Part shown: positions 1 to 13,303 of the stretch, piece after piece
How positions within the stretch are numbered: the first letter of the stretch is position 1
Layout: every line of letters begins with the position of its first letter
NCBI GenBank assembly: GCA_964187785.1
Contig: OZ076409.1
Coordinates: 67,086,001-67,150,000 of the forward strand
DNA length: 64,000 bases
From: Amphiscolops sp. MND2022
Taxonomy: Eukaryota
Reading direction: 5' to 3'
Made by a program: the position numbers and the translations under genes
Notes under the pieces: model-generated
Database searches by the model: none
Told to the model about the DNA's origin: nothing
The model's input: the letters and a program-made list of their open reading frames with translations, nothing else

Positions 1-3000
1 ATGAAATTGGATCTAGCAGAGAAATTGACATTTTCGTGAAATTAGATCCGAAAAAGTGACACCAAGAGTACATGATAGTTTTTTTAGCTCGGATTGCCAG
101 ATAATGACCTGAGCACTCCAGTAATATGTGTTTTGGGGTTACTTGGACATCGCACACGTTCGCTTACAAAATTTCTAGTAGCTAGGACGCCTAGAAGGCG
201 AGTTTGACGAACCGATTTTTTTGATACTACTGTCAAGTGACCGCAATTCGCATAGAATCAATTTTGGCGCAATCGGAGGTCAATTCCCCATGATTCAGCC
301 AATATAGTACACGGCGTGAAAGGTCGCTAGTACTACTAGAAAAGATTTTCATTTTCCTCGAACGTGCAATTCTTCAAAAAAAGCTGACTTTGACGAATTT
401 TGCAGAAAATTGTTCATTTTTCCCAAACACAGCCTCAAGCCAACAACGCAACGATATCATTTTCACCCTAGACACCCGTGTTACGGTTTGCTGAAACGTT
501 TAATACAGCGTTTGGACCATTCCAATTTTCATGGTCTGTAGAAAAACGGCCCATGAGACTAAGCAGTGAAAATCGCGAAAACTGATTTTTCCTCTTAACT
601 GCAAGCAAAGTCATCTTAGTGTACATTTTTCATTGGGACAACACATAATTAGCAACCAATGTGTTGTGCAAAAAACAAGCATGCGTTGTTTGACACTTCA
701 GAAGTTTAGACTTTGTACGCAGTGCGTCTCAATGTAGAACATCGTTGTTTTGGCGAAAATACGTTGTTTTTGAAAAACTACGCTTCTGCTGATCGTACTA
801 CGATCATAACTGAAGAAATCACTTTGAGCTCAGTGTTTTCTTTTGTACTCACCCGCAAGGTCTGCCCTTAACCCTGATTTGCCCATTTGTCCCATTTTAT
901 GGTCACAAAGAATGGGCAGCACGAGTAACATTTAGCACAATCAAGGCGCAGAACTTGGTGATTCCTTTACCAATCACGGCAAAACTTGTGTACAGACCCA
1001 AAATTGTTTTGTTCATACCATTAGCCTAGCCTACCGCTGTATAAAAAATATAGATTAGTGCAGTGTAAACCTTAGTTACTTTCCAAAGTATCTTTTCAAA
1101 AACAAACTCGAAAAACTTTCTCCAACACTAGTGGAGAAAACATTTTGTTCTAGATAGTAGTGCTTAGCACCAATTCATTTACCTTAGAGACTGTAGCTCG
1201 CAGGCCAACATTTCTCCAGTTAGAACCTAAAACGCCGTCCCAAGCTGTAAGCTCATAATCTTATTTATAATTTGTCTTACATTGGGAATTTCAGAGGCTT
1301 TAAGTTCAAGAATGCTGCTCCATTAGCCTGTGGCTAAATTTTTCACAGTGGAAGGAATGAGTGAGACCGCAAGCAATTCAAAAACAAAAGTTTATTACGT
1401 TTTCAAAAAACTGTCAATGTGAAAACGCCGGACAAGATATTCGCCCGGGGAGTACTTGCACCCTCCCCGTTCAACAGTTGTGTTTTCAAACTTCAAATGA
1501 TTGCTGCTCTAAAACGTTTTATTTCCAAACATTTTTCATGATCTACTCCAAAGTTTCGTTTTTAACTTCTGTTGGTCTTGTCTATCATCCATATTGACTT
1601 AATCATTTCTTTGAAAAGCAGTTTACTGCCATCATTTACCTATACACTGGTGCTTACGCTACCTAGACAATAGATTCAACTGAGCGTATACTGCCAACAC
1701 AAAAGACTGAATGGATCTTCTCTTCTGATGATAATTTTGATGATTTGAGATTTGCGTCACCAGTGGTGCTATTTATAGCGCAGTTTCCGTTGGACATCCA
1801 CTACGACACTTTTGCAAGATCATAGCTGTTACATTCAGTTTCACTTTTCAAGTGCTATCGTGCAATTTGTAACCTAACTTATCAAGTGGGCCCCAGCTTC
1901 GTGCCAAACTTGATGTGATGTGATGAGATCATTTTGTACAGATGCCATAACAAAAAGCGCTGGAAACTTTGGTACGAAATTAAAACTTTGAAAACATTTT
2001 CAACATGATGCTAGTTGTCTAGAGTTGCTAATACTTTAGCGATGCTACAACCCATGGTTGATGTGGATACTAAGAAAGCCTGCTACGTATGGAACAAAAC
2101 TCGACTTCCTTTTGGGCAGCATTTTTTATTCGGGATCCTGAAATGGTATGTTGATGAAACAGTATCACTGGATGATGACAACCAAGACGTGAACGTCCAC
2201 TTTCGTTTATCGAGGACGACAAACTTAGGCTCGGAAAACTTTTGAAAAATTTGTTGAAATATTCGGAATGTGCGATATCACCAACTGTACAGAATCAAAA
2301 TGGCCGACCTGGCCGAGCAAGCAGGAAGACAAAAAAAGGCAGAGACCACGCCCCGCCCAGCCCGAGAGAAAACACCTTGCCATAAAAGTATCCCCGAAAT
2401 TCCGTGCAGTGCCGTCTCCCTCGGAAGACGTCCCAGCCAACAGCAGAACCCGAAGAATGGCCCAAGAGATGAAGAGACTCATTCGGTTGCATAATTTGCA
2501 TGTGCCACCTCGCAAGTCCAAGACTCGCTGACACTGACGTCTGATGTTTCTTCAGTCTGTTGTACCGTCTTTGTGGTTTTTCAGTTATTTGGTGATGGGT
2601 GATCTACTAGAACCGTATTTTAGAATTTAATCCCCCAATAAATTGTATTTCGTTTGAATCCCTGTTTTTGGACCTCAGGAGCATGTAGGAAGTCGCAGGA
2701 ACTCTAGGATTCGTTTTTAAAGTCTTGTGGGGCGTTTCCGGACTTTGAGAGTGCCTGCACGTCGCCTCAGTGCTCTAATTTGAGGAGCATACTTCGACGT
2801 ATGGAAAGTCCCTCGAGGAGACCTTTTTGGGAAATTAGTGTCTAGGGCTGCAGTAAGAAAACGGTCTTCTGTTTATGCACCCTAGGCTTTATCCCACTTA
2901 TAGTATGTACCTTGCTAGCTGGACGTTACATTGACATTTTGTTGGGAAACGATAACTGCGATGATGTTCGCCAGGATTCTTGATCTTCGGCTGATTTGGC

Positions 3001-3694
3001 GAAAAATTGCAACCAAACGTTTCCTAGAGACCCCTCGGTTGCTGCAGCCAACGATAACACAACAAACCTTGAAGAAGAAAGACTTCTAAAACAACCAAGT
3101 CTTTCCGAAAACATTCAGAATTTTCAAATTTTATTTTAGGCAAAAGACGTTGAACACCACATATGTGAGGGGTAAGAAGGCTTATGAGGTGAGGATGACC
3201 TTGAAACTTGGTCGAGGTGTTCGTGTTTGGTACCTGCATACGTGTGCTATCTTTTTGTCTCTATAATAAACAGTCTTCGGGAAAACCCATTGGGGGGTTG
3301 AAGATTGTCGATGCTTGGTTTTTTTTCAAAAATTCGAAAGATTTCTGAGTTGTTAATTTCAACCATCATGTTTGAACTCGAGTCTTTTCACTTGGGGCTG
3401 ACTGACACCAACGCAGCAGAAAAAACTTGAGGAATATTCCGCCTGCCAATAACAGCCCTGAGGCTTGCCTACAAGTTCTTCAAACCAAACTTTTACAAAC
3501 AAGCGTAGACTACCAAAAGTAACGGAATTACTAGGAACGCCGCAAAAAACACCGAACTTTTGCAGGTTTCCAGAAACGTTTCGGAAGAAGGAGGGGTTTT
3601 CCAAAAAATGTCGCCCAGGGTCTTGCAGAACATTCTACCAAATAACAGAAGCGCTCTCGGAGATAAGTTCGCTAAAATATGCCTTGGAAGTTGA

Positions 3695-3766
3695 CGCTTT
3701 GTGTTTTTTTACATCATGACATGTGGCCTAATGGCCACATGTCATGATGTAAAAAAACACAAAGCG
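3695..3766. repeat. Perfect 34-bp inverted repeat (fold-back) with 4-nt loop
   Basis: CGCTTTGTGTTTTTTTACATCATGACATGTGGCC (3695-3728), loop TAAT, then the exact reverse complement (3733-3766). Confidence 0.95.
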
Positions 3767-3799
3767 CAACATTAAGCCATCTAATTCTTCTGGCTCGAG

Positions 3800-6461
3800 C
3801 CAAAACAATCTGCGACGAAAGGACTTACAAGTCAAGAAAATGATATCGACAGAGAAAAATACTTCCACTTCAATGTGAAGGCTTTAATTTTAGTAGGATC
3901 AGTGTTGTGTGAACTGCACGTGGGCGACAAATACATTAGAAAGGCACACGTTCTGATTGTAAAAAGGGCAAGCAGTCGATCAAAGGAAGAAAATAGCTTC
4001 CGACTCTGAAGAGTGAAAAACATGAGAGGAACAACACTGTTACATATTTCCATTACTACTTTCCAAAAAACGGTAAGATAAAGAACCATTAAACAAAGTT
4101 TCGGAAGGAAGACGTTTTAAAATTACCGCAGCAGAAAGTTAAAAGGATCCCATTTTGAATGTAACAGGCCGTGAATGAAAAACGGGAAAGATACTGGAAG
4201 AAGGGCATATTGAAAGAAGTAAATCAGATAAACGTCGGGTGTTAATGCATTTCACGATAAAAATCGTGAAGGAAGACCGTTCACTGAAAATTGTTTCAGA
4301 CTCAAGGCCAATAAACAAAGCTAATGATAAAGATGATAACCAATGGCTAAGTCATGAAACACTTTTGATTTGCTTGCTGACTGACTCGACCATAAACAAG
4401 GCGAGGTTTGGTGATTGTCAAAGAATTTAACGTATGCATATCGAGGAAAGTTTTAACGTTTTCTGACGTCAAAACATTTTGAAGTTTTCAAATGATTGGC
4501 AAGAAGTCAATATGAAGGTACATAGTCGCGACAATCTTTTTTGATCTGACGATTGTGTCGGCAGGAATACTAAAAGTAATGGACAATTTATTAACTGTTT
4601 TTAGGGTAGTATTTGCTTTTCTTGGTGTCAGTTTAAATGTAACCAAAGAAGCAGATCAATATCATATGACAGAAAACCAAAAATTCTCAAGACGTTCGGT
4701 GAGACAAACCTGCTACCGAAAGCAGAGGTGTGCTAAATTGCGGTAGATCAATTTGCGTTGCTTGGTTTCAAATTAACAAAGTCCGAGTTTTGCCATTCAA
4801 TGATAATCTGCAAAGCTTTCCAGAACACCTAAGTCCGGGGAATTTAAAAGAATTAGGGACGTATTTATGAGCAGTTGACTGTTTAAGCGATTTCATTCCG
4901 ACTTACCAGCTGAATGCTTCCGTTTCGTGACTTTTTGAAAAAAGAAGCAAATTGCGAATGTAGACAGAGAAGTGAAAAAAGTAGAATGTTGTAGACAAAG
5001 AAGTGGAAAAAGTAGCTGAATAAGGCAGCTCGGAAAAAACAGACTGTTAAGAATAATATGCGAGACTAGCGAGCAAGGGCTAATGACAGTGTTACAGCAA
5101 GAAGAAAAATTTTGCTGGAAATCGATTGCGTTTGCATCCAGATTTTCAACGGAATCCAAAGTTATTTGAAGTACTCAAAATGACTGGCAGTATTGTAGTC
5201 GATAGATTATTTTTTAAATTCTGTGTTGAAAAGTGTGTTAAAAACACGTTCCGTACTGGAAGAGTATTATCTCGTTATCTCGGAAGTTGAGCAAGAAAAC
5301 ATAAAACATGCTGACAGCTTTCGACTTCGTGCATGCTGCCAGCGGCTGAATTGAAACGCTCAGAGAGGCAGCGGACGTGTGGTGGCAAATAATTCAATTG
5401 GGAATTGTTGAATTAGCGAACAGATGCTCGTCAAGCAGGTGAGAAAATGAAATGTATAAAAATGCCACAAGATTTTGCGAAAATACCGTTGGGAGACGAA
5501 CCACGTGATGAACTTTTTTTTCAAAATAACAGGATGGTATCAAATTGTTCTCACAAGAAGCGTTTTTGACAAAACCGAATAAAGATAAAAGATTAAAAAC
5601 TGTAAAACAGTACTTAACCCAATACGGTGTTCAATGAATATTGACGACAGATCCGGGAACGTAATCAATCTCAAAACGTTTTACACTTTCGTAATTGTAA
5701 GCTCATATTTTTTTCTGTGCACTGTGAGCAATCATCGGAGAAACGGGAAAGTGGAGCGCATGATGAGAACATTGAATGAACGCCTCCATACGGGTAAAAG
5801 AGTGGTTTTACAAAAATGAAACAACATCTATCGAGACTTTTACTTAACTTATGGACAGAGAATGAGAAGGGTTTGAGATATAAACTTGAAACAAAGAACA
5901 CCACGGACTACGATATAAATTGAATTTGTTTCTGAAAACGACACAGAGATCGAAGGGAATATTTCAGCACTCATGTGGGATCTAAAATCTCGGACTCTGG
6001 AAAAAAAAAACAGACGCTTGGCTCAAAAACAGGAGGTACTTTCACCAACAAAAGTGACGAAGATTACTAGTCAGTAAAAAATACCATAACATTCCTCCTG
6101 AGTCGAGGGTAGCGGCGGTTGTCTCGAAAAGAGTTGTGGCGCGAATTATGGATGATGCAGGACCACGTGGCGAAAGAGGTGGAAGAGCCAAAGGTGTTTG
6201 AATTGTCTGTGGAACCAAGAATGCTGGTGACCAAGAAACTAGTACGCCTTGAGCAGCGCCACTAGTACGCCACTAGCAAAAAGATGATATACCCTGTAGC
6301 GGAAAAAAACGATGGAAAAATTTGTAATAGTGAAGAAGGGAAGGGCTCCGAAAGTGACGAGGTAGAGGACATTGAGGTAACAAAGTCAGACGATGATCAG
6401 AAGTCGAGTGCATAATCAAGCGAGGAGTAAAGGTGAAGAGGGAGACGATGCGAATTCAAGG
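3800..6461 (+). mobile_element. Highly decayed Ty3/Gypsy pol remnant (RT and integrase fragments), interrupted at 6462 by a solo LTR and resuming at ~8067-8365
   Basis: RT-like fragment IVKEDRSLKIVSDSRPINKA (~4260-4325). Integrase-like fragment NGKVERMMRTLNERL (~5740-5790). Purine tract AAGAAGAGGGAATGGGG at ~8348-8364. Boundaries approximate. Confidence 0.55.
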
Positions 6462-8066
6462 TGTCGCAGGCTGCCGCCTGCGATGGCAATTTTTATCAAA
6501 TTACGTTGGAAGGAGATAACTCTAACCCTCCGCCAGGAGTTCTTCCTATATAAACACCGACAAAGACCAAAAAGTGATTTAAACTACATGTATTTTATTG
6601 CTATGTACACTATTTTGAATTTTACCATGAAAGACCTGTGGTCCTTGCGGCCTCAGTGCAATTGATTATTTTAGTCAGTGAGGATGTGTTTTACTATTTA
6701 GTAAATTATTTTGTGCCTGTTTTGTAATTTGAATGTTGATGTAATTAATAGAAAACGTGTAAATCAATGAATTAATATGATGTAATAGCATGTAGAAGAG
6801 GAAACGCGTTCAAATGAACGCCTCTTCTAATTCACTGTACTCGCTGTACCAGTATTTTGCACCAATCAAAATGCAGTATATTAGTGACGCTCCGTGGACA
6901 GAATGTCTGCCACGGTGAAATTAACGCACAAGTGCTGCTAGTGCTGTAATTGACTGTGGCTACGTGGACTTAACGTCCGCTATGGTGAAATGCTGTAATG
7001 ACATGAAATCATGTATTTTGAAAGCATGTAATGTTGTAGATTAACTCTGAATGTACTTACAGGCCAATATAAACGTTTTCTCTTTGTCGGCTTAGCCGTC
7101 AAAATCCCCCCATTTGGCTCTTTGATGTATTGACGTCATGCTGACGTAACCATATTTGACGCTATTTTTAGTTTATCATAACTATATTTAGTAACATGAC
7201 GCCTGTAAATTTGCTTGTCATGCAGATCAGGGTATATATAGCACGGCCCGAGAGACCGTAGGGACCAATCTTTTGGAAGCTCAACTCGAAGTCACAATTC
7301 AACTCGAACTGTATTCAATTACAATTGAAACTTTACTTTCAGTACCACCTGTACACTTCACGCATTGACCATATAAACTTTAGTCTGTATTGCCAATTCA
7401 TTGTTGTTGTGTTAATTTTCTTCAATGCCTTCAACGAGAAAGCAAAAGCTAAAGAGAGACGCTCTAGACAGTTAGACATGCTGTCAGATGTAGAAAACGT
7501 TGACATAATGTTAGGTAGTTACTCTAGAGATGATGAAGAGAATAATATTAGTGAAAATGAAGTGAATTTAGACTCAGGGTCTAGCAGGCCACAGCAAAGT
7601 TCAAACGTCTTAGGAGAGGATTTTAGGTCATTACCAAACACAAATAGTAGAGAAAATAGTGAATTCACGATTGAGACTACAAGACTAATTAACGAAGAAA
7701 TTTCCAATCAAATGTCAAGAAAACTGATTGAGATTAAAACTAGTTTGAATTCCCAAATCCAAGAAGCAATTACTGACGCAATAACAAGTACAGTGCTTCC
7801 TTCTATTCAAAATGCACTAGAAATGCAGGGGAGACCTAATTTCACCATGGTGGACCGAAGGTCTGACGGGCTACATCTTAGCCCAAGGTCGACCGAATTC
7901 ACCATAACAGACCAAAGGTCCAGTGGGCTACAACGGAACGCCGAAGTAGGAAATTCACAGAAAACGAAGGAAAATCGCCACAAAACGTGTTTCACTCAAG
8001 AAAATAGTAGACTGAGGTCTAGAGAGAGTTCAACAGACTCAAATAACAGCGAACAAATTCGCGACA
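6462..8066 (+). mobile_element. Long solo LTR (1605 bp), probably of a Gypsy-type family
   Basis: Termini TGTCGC...GCGACA (inverted), flanked by perfect 5-bp TSD CAAGG (6457-6461, 8067-8071). TATA-like TATATATA at ~7233. No internal pol. Confidence 0.85.
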
Positions 8067-8128
8067 CAAGGAGAGTTTTGTTTTGCGGGAAAAAATTGCG
8101 TATGAGATCAGGGAGAACGGTGGAATAA
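7425..8128 (+). pseudogene. LTR-encoded Gag N-terminal segment (MPSTRKQK-AKERRSRQLDMLSD...), with a 1-nt frameshift near the start; runs off the LTR end into flanking DNA
   Basis: ATG at 7425 gives MPSTRKQK. A one-base loss in an A-run joins it to the 7325-8128 frame, which has coiled-coil character and stays open to the LTR end at 8066. The Gag assignment is inferred from position. Confidence 0.6.
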
Positions 8129-9499
8129 TCAGAGTGATTGAGAGATAATGTAATGGTCAGTGCAATAGATAGGAGTGTGCACCTATTGTTGGTAAAAAAG
8201 CCTGAAAGGTAAAGTCTAGTTCTTGTTTTCTATATAGAACAATTATAGAACGTATTGCCCTTGAAAAAACTCTGGCAAAGTTTATGTTGTCGTTATATTG
8301 TACTAACTGCAATTGGTTTGGTATTGATTTAATTTTTCCCACAATTCAAGAAGAGGGAATGGGGTACAGTTGTAATATAATATTACCATATATTAGTAGA
8401 CATTACAACATAGTCTGCAAGATTCCTGCTATTCCTGCTACGGCAAAAGTGTGAAAAAAGTCAGCTCACACAAAAGATACAGGTAGTCGTGTTATCAAGT
8501 GTTAATCAAGTGGTTTCGCCAAACGTCTTTCAATTGCCATTTTGAGCTCGTCTTTAACACATGTTCACAACAAAAAAGTACTGATACAGTATTTGAGGGT
8601 TTTTATTTGTGAACGTTTCACGTGTTTATGTTTTTTCTTTCACCTGGAAAAGGTTGCACACAAAGGATGATAACCTGTTTTGCGCAATTTTGGTCTATCT
8701 TCTTCTGTATCACTTATCGGTGAAGCATGTTTTCAGTGCAGTTTCGTGGTGTGTCTGGTATGCTCCAGGGAGGAAAAAGTCCATTTAGTCAGCTGGCGTA
8801 TTGGTTAACTTGCAGATTATCATTCAATACAGACCCGAAAGTGTGTATTAGATACAATTTTATGCAATTGACATTGTCGTTGTGCACTTAAGGTCATCGA
8901 TGCTTTTGAATCAGGTTTCAGGTCATTGCTGCTTTTGAATCAGCGTTAACTGCCGTTCAAGCATAAAAATTATTGAACAAGATGAACAAAAGCCTGGCTG
9001 AAGTCGATATCTTTTTTGGTCGATTCGACCATAGCACTCTCCGTTGTTTTTAACTGAACAATTGCTCAAGAATATTTTTGTTGCTCAAGTTGTTTTGTTT
9101 ATTATTCGATCTTATTTAATGGATAATAGGTTGAGCACCCCGTATATAAACACTGCAAACATGGTAATTCACATAGAAAAGACTATTTGCGCCAGATTCC
9201 TTGAAACTAAAATAAATTCAAGGAAGTTAAAAACGTGAGTCGTACCATAAATGGTGATGATATAACGTCATTCTATGAAACGTTGCATCTTTCTGTGAAA
9301 ATGACAGCAGTTCTGCTAAACGACCAAAAAGACGGAGTTCAGTTCACGTCAATCAATTGTCAATCTTCACTTTCACTACTGTTCTCGAATTATTTACACT
9401 GTTCCGCAGCTTGAGTCAGGCTAGTTCAATTTTTCTGTGTATGCATTTCCTTTCAAACACTTGAAAGAATCTCGCTCGATATTTCTAACACCCCCACTC

Positions 9500-12110
9500 A
9501 GTCTGACCTTCTCCTGAAGTTTCAGAATGCCTCCGCCAAGATGTTGATCCCAGTGTTTCTCAAGTTTTGGCTTAGCCAGAGCATTGGTTATTAGGTCTGC
9601 ACACATCTCTTCCGTTGCACAGTACTGGAGTTCGACGATTCCGTCCTTTACCCTCTCCCTGACGAAATGATGTTTGATATCTATATGTTGAGTCTGCTCA
9701 GCTATGTACATTATACATCCCACTATTGCTCGATAATCACAGCCTTTCATTTCTGCTGCATCAGTTGAACCACTATATGGACAATCAGTGTTGATACAGG
9801 CTTGCAGTTATCTGGAACAAACTGTCTGAGGCACTCATCAATGCACTGCGTTTGACAGACAGTCACAGCACCAGATTGTTGTTTAATTGCCATGCCCATA
9901 AACTAAGAAACCATGAAAATGGCCCACGATCGTCGGTTGAAACGTTGGTTGAAATCTTCACACAGTTTTTCATGTGAACTTTCCTCTTGCAGCCAATGAT
10001 GATGTTGTCTACCCACACCAGAACGTAAAACAGTTGGTCTTCCACCTTGCTTGTGAATAAACAATAGTCATTCATGCTTCTATTGAACCCCCGTTACTTC
10101 CAGAAACGAACTAAGCGTTTGATACCCCTCTACCTTGCTTCAAACCATAAACACACTTTGAAGTAAACACACATTGTCCTCACCTCTCTATGAACCCTCA
10201 TAGTTCCTCCATGTAGACCGTCTCTGTCAAAGTTGACTTCAAATAGGCCGTTTTCACGTCCATCTGATGAAGGTGTAGACCCCACTGAGCAGCTAACGCC
10301 AACAAAGTTCTCATCGTCTCTGGTATGCACGTTGGAGTATACGTCTCATGGAAATTCAGTCCAGCGACTTGCATGAAACCAATCGCGACATAGCGAGCCT
10401 TGAACTTATCGAAGTGCTTTTGCTCACCTGTATTGATCTTGTAGACCCAGCGCCCAGTGATCACCTTTCGATCTTTTGGCCTGTCAACTAGCGTCCAAGT
10501 TGAGTTATCGTTGAGCGAATTTACTTTGTCTTGCATTGCATTTCGCCACTTGTCTTTTCTTGGAGATGCCATTGCTTCCCAATAGCTGCCGGGTTCCTTT
10601 GGATAGGTTGCTTCAGCAGCACGCGAGCATGCTAGACCATAACTCGTGGGGACACTTATTTCCCTTCTGGGCCGCGTGCTGACTGGTTCAACTCAACTGA
10701 TTGACCACTGTCTTCGTCATGACCTCTGCAACAGCTTGAACCTCTGTGTTTTCCTTAGTGTTGTCACCCACTCTACTGTCTCCTCGTTAGCCCATGGAAG
10801 GAAACTCAGTGTAATGAAGATTTCAGTTTCCTCCTTGGATGTACCTCCACCCATTAGTGGAATGTTGCTCTCGTCCAAAATCACACTCCTCGCTTTGATC
10901 ACCTTCTGTGTCACTGGACCCATCATGAGGTATGCCTTGCTGTTGTCGTCGTAACCAGTTAACTTGCCCTTTTTTGCCTTGTTGTCCAGCTTGGATTTCT
11001 TTGCAGACCTGTTGAGGACATAACCTAAATAGCCAAAAACCCTAACATGATCTAATTTAGGATTGTTGCTGAAATAGACCTCATATGTCGATCGTCCATC
11101 ATTGCTGCTTGTAGGACATCGGTTTCGAAGGTAGAAAGCAGTTGACATAGTCCTGACCCAGAATTGTTTGTCGAGTTTTCCTTGAGCAGCAAAGATCTTG
11201 TCATTTCAACACTGACTCTGTTGAAACTCTCGGCCACTCCATTTTGTTGTGGGGTGCCCGGCACTGTCAGCTTTCGATGTATGCCCACCAATTTACAGTA
11301 GTTCTTGAATGCTGTTCAAATGTATTTTCCACTATTGTCAATCCGAAGTGGTGTTGGTGCCCCGTAACGAACCACGTACTGTTTGAAGCACTCAAATATG
11401 CCGCGTTTGCGCACCACAAAATTGACCACTGCGTACGGTTGAAGTCGTCAATGAACGTGAGCGCATACCGTGCCCTTGCAAACTGGGTACATCGAATGGT
11501 CCTTGAATGTTGCTGAAGACCCGCTCTCCTTCAGTTGGGCCCTGAGGCAGAGTTTGCTTGTGCCCGGCCACTGAATCTGCATCGCAGATAGTAGAGTTAT
11601 ATCTGAGAAGACAGATCGGCAAGGATTCGTCTTGACCACATTGAATGACATTCCGTGAATTGCCCTTCCTCAGTCCATGCATCGCCACATGGTTGCTAGG
11701 CTGCTGCTCCTCTTGCCCGACCCGTTTCGCGTCTTCGAAGTTTCGTAGTCCACGAAAGAGCCCCATCTCCAAGTCCAGTCACTGCGAAGACACATCAGAG
11801 TGGTGTTGTCCAGTACCGGAACAAAATTGAACCAGACGTCATCGTTGCGATTTTTGATGCCCTTCATGAAACTCTCCCACTCGGGGCCGCTTTAGTTTTG
11901 TATTTCTTACCTCTGCTCTGCAGTTGCCTCACAAACAGTGGCTCCAATTCATCTGGAGTATCGTTTTGATCCATCACAGCACTGAACAGTCCTTTCGTCT
12001 GCATGAGTGCCACAAACTTCGTGCTTCAAGCGGGGAAATCCTCTGCCTTTCTACTGAATTGGGCCAGCTTGAAACCCATCTTGAGAGCCAGTTTGTCTTG
12101 ATTGAGCCAG
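9500..12110 (-). pseudogene. Copia gag-pol, frameshifted and internally deleted
   Basis: Integrase HRKLTVPGTPQQNGVAESFNR. SH3-like VRVFG...KLDNKAKKGKLTGYD. RT WVYKI...KARYVAIGFMQ...LHQMDVKTAYL and LVWVDNIII. RNase H HIDIKHHFVRE...MCADLITNAL. Confidence 0.9.
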
Positions 12111-12152
12111 GCACGTCGACCACAAGTTGTGCACGTCTGAGAGTTGTTAGAA

Positions 12153-12165
12153 TGGGCCCATAACC
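12153..12165 (-). promoter_or_regulatory. Copia primer-binding site, internal tRNA(iMet)-fragment type
   Basis: Minus strand reads GGTTATGGGCCCA, the motif used by Drosophila copia-like (Hemivirus) elements. Confidence 0.75.
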
Positions 12166-12859
12166 TCTAGGACTATGAGCAGTATTGCGATTGAAAATGA
12201 CTGGAGAGGTCAAGATTGTTTTGATTATTATTTGATCTGATTTGATTGATAATTGGTTCAGCACCCCGTATATAAACTCTGCAAACAAGATAATTCACAT
12301 GGAAAAGACTATTTGCGCCAGGTTCCCTGAAACTTAATCAAATTCCAGGAAGTCAACAACGTGAGTCGTATCATAAATGGTGATCGCGTAACGTCATTCT
12401 TTGAAACGTTGCATCTTTCTGTGAAAATGACGACAGTTCTGCGAAATGACCAAAAGGCGCATTGTGCTTTGAGTTCACGTCAATCGATTGTCAAAGTTCA
12501 CTTTCACTATTGTTTTCGGTTCATATACACTGTTACGCGGCTCAAGTCAGGTTAGTTTACTTTTTCATTGTATGCATTTACTTTCTAACACTTGAAAGAA
12601 TATCGCTCGATACTTCTAACATACTGGATGTTCCCACTTACGAAACTGTTCAAAAACTGTACAAATGTTGCCATCAATTTCTCAAAAATTGGAAAAGGTC
12701 AATAAAGGGATTTTCGAACTACAAGTTTGGGTTTCGAACCTAAAGATAATGCTAAGTAAATACTTTTTTTGTAGTCTCTATCGTTTATATCAACCAAACG
12801 ATCCAAAAATTTTATCAAAAGTTATTGTATTGTAAACGGTTGGCACCCGGCTCAATGGT

Positions 12860-13303
12860 AAACAAGCCGGGAACGGCATAAGTTGGCGCCATATCCAAGG
12901 CCCAAAAGTAGCAAGAGGACTTCCAAGTGTCACGTGTTCTCTTTTACACTACTCAAAAAACCAAAAAATGGACCGAATGGCGTGCCGGGGCCCGCTAAAA
13001 TGCGGGACCTTTTCGAAATTGTCATAACTTTGTCGTAGTGGAGGGGGGACCCTTTGGAGAAAGAAAGTTTTTTGAAAAAAAGTCTCACAATGTCGAAACA
13101 AAATCCAAAAGGGTCCCTTTAGTCTCGCCCGGTATTGTTTGTTACGCGGGAAAATACGAAAAACGTTTTTGGTTCAGTTCGCTAGGCCAATTGGTTCAAG
13201 TTGACATCATAAAACTTCGTAGAACTTCTGAGAACTTTTTTGGACAATTCGTGTGGATTGAAAAATAGAAATCACTATAATTGTCACGAAGCGCCGAATA
13301 AAA
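12860..13303 (+). mobile_element. Non-autonomous Helentron/DINE-like interspersed repeat
   Basis: Starts AAACAAGCCGGGAACGGCATAAGTTGGCGCC and ends GAAGCGCCGAATAAAA (asymmetric subterminal inverted repeat). Homologous along its length to 58356-58783. Confidence 0.55.

Larger units (their letters stand above)
9079..12621 (-). mobile_element. Decayed Ty1/Copia LTR retrotransposon
   Basis: Two diverged ~410-bp direct repeats (~9079-9490 and ~12210-12621) starting TGTTAG on the minus strand. PPT-like GAGTGGGGG next to the 3' LTR. Domain order integrase-RT-RNase H. No TSD found, so the left boundary is approximate. Confidence 0.9.

Noticed and set aside
1700..2645. Possible degraded gene (ORFs 2015-2245, 2268-2531, AATAAA at ~2637), perhaps a DNA-transposon gene
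   Set aside because: No recognisable domain or catalytic motif and no element ends found; cannot be called.
9040..9090. Target-site duplication for the Copia element
   Set aside because: Sequence after the right LTR (TACTG) has no exact match at a plausible left boundary, so no TSD is claimed.
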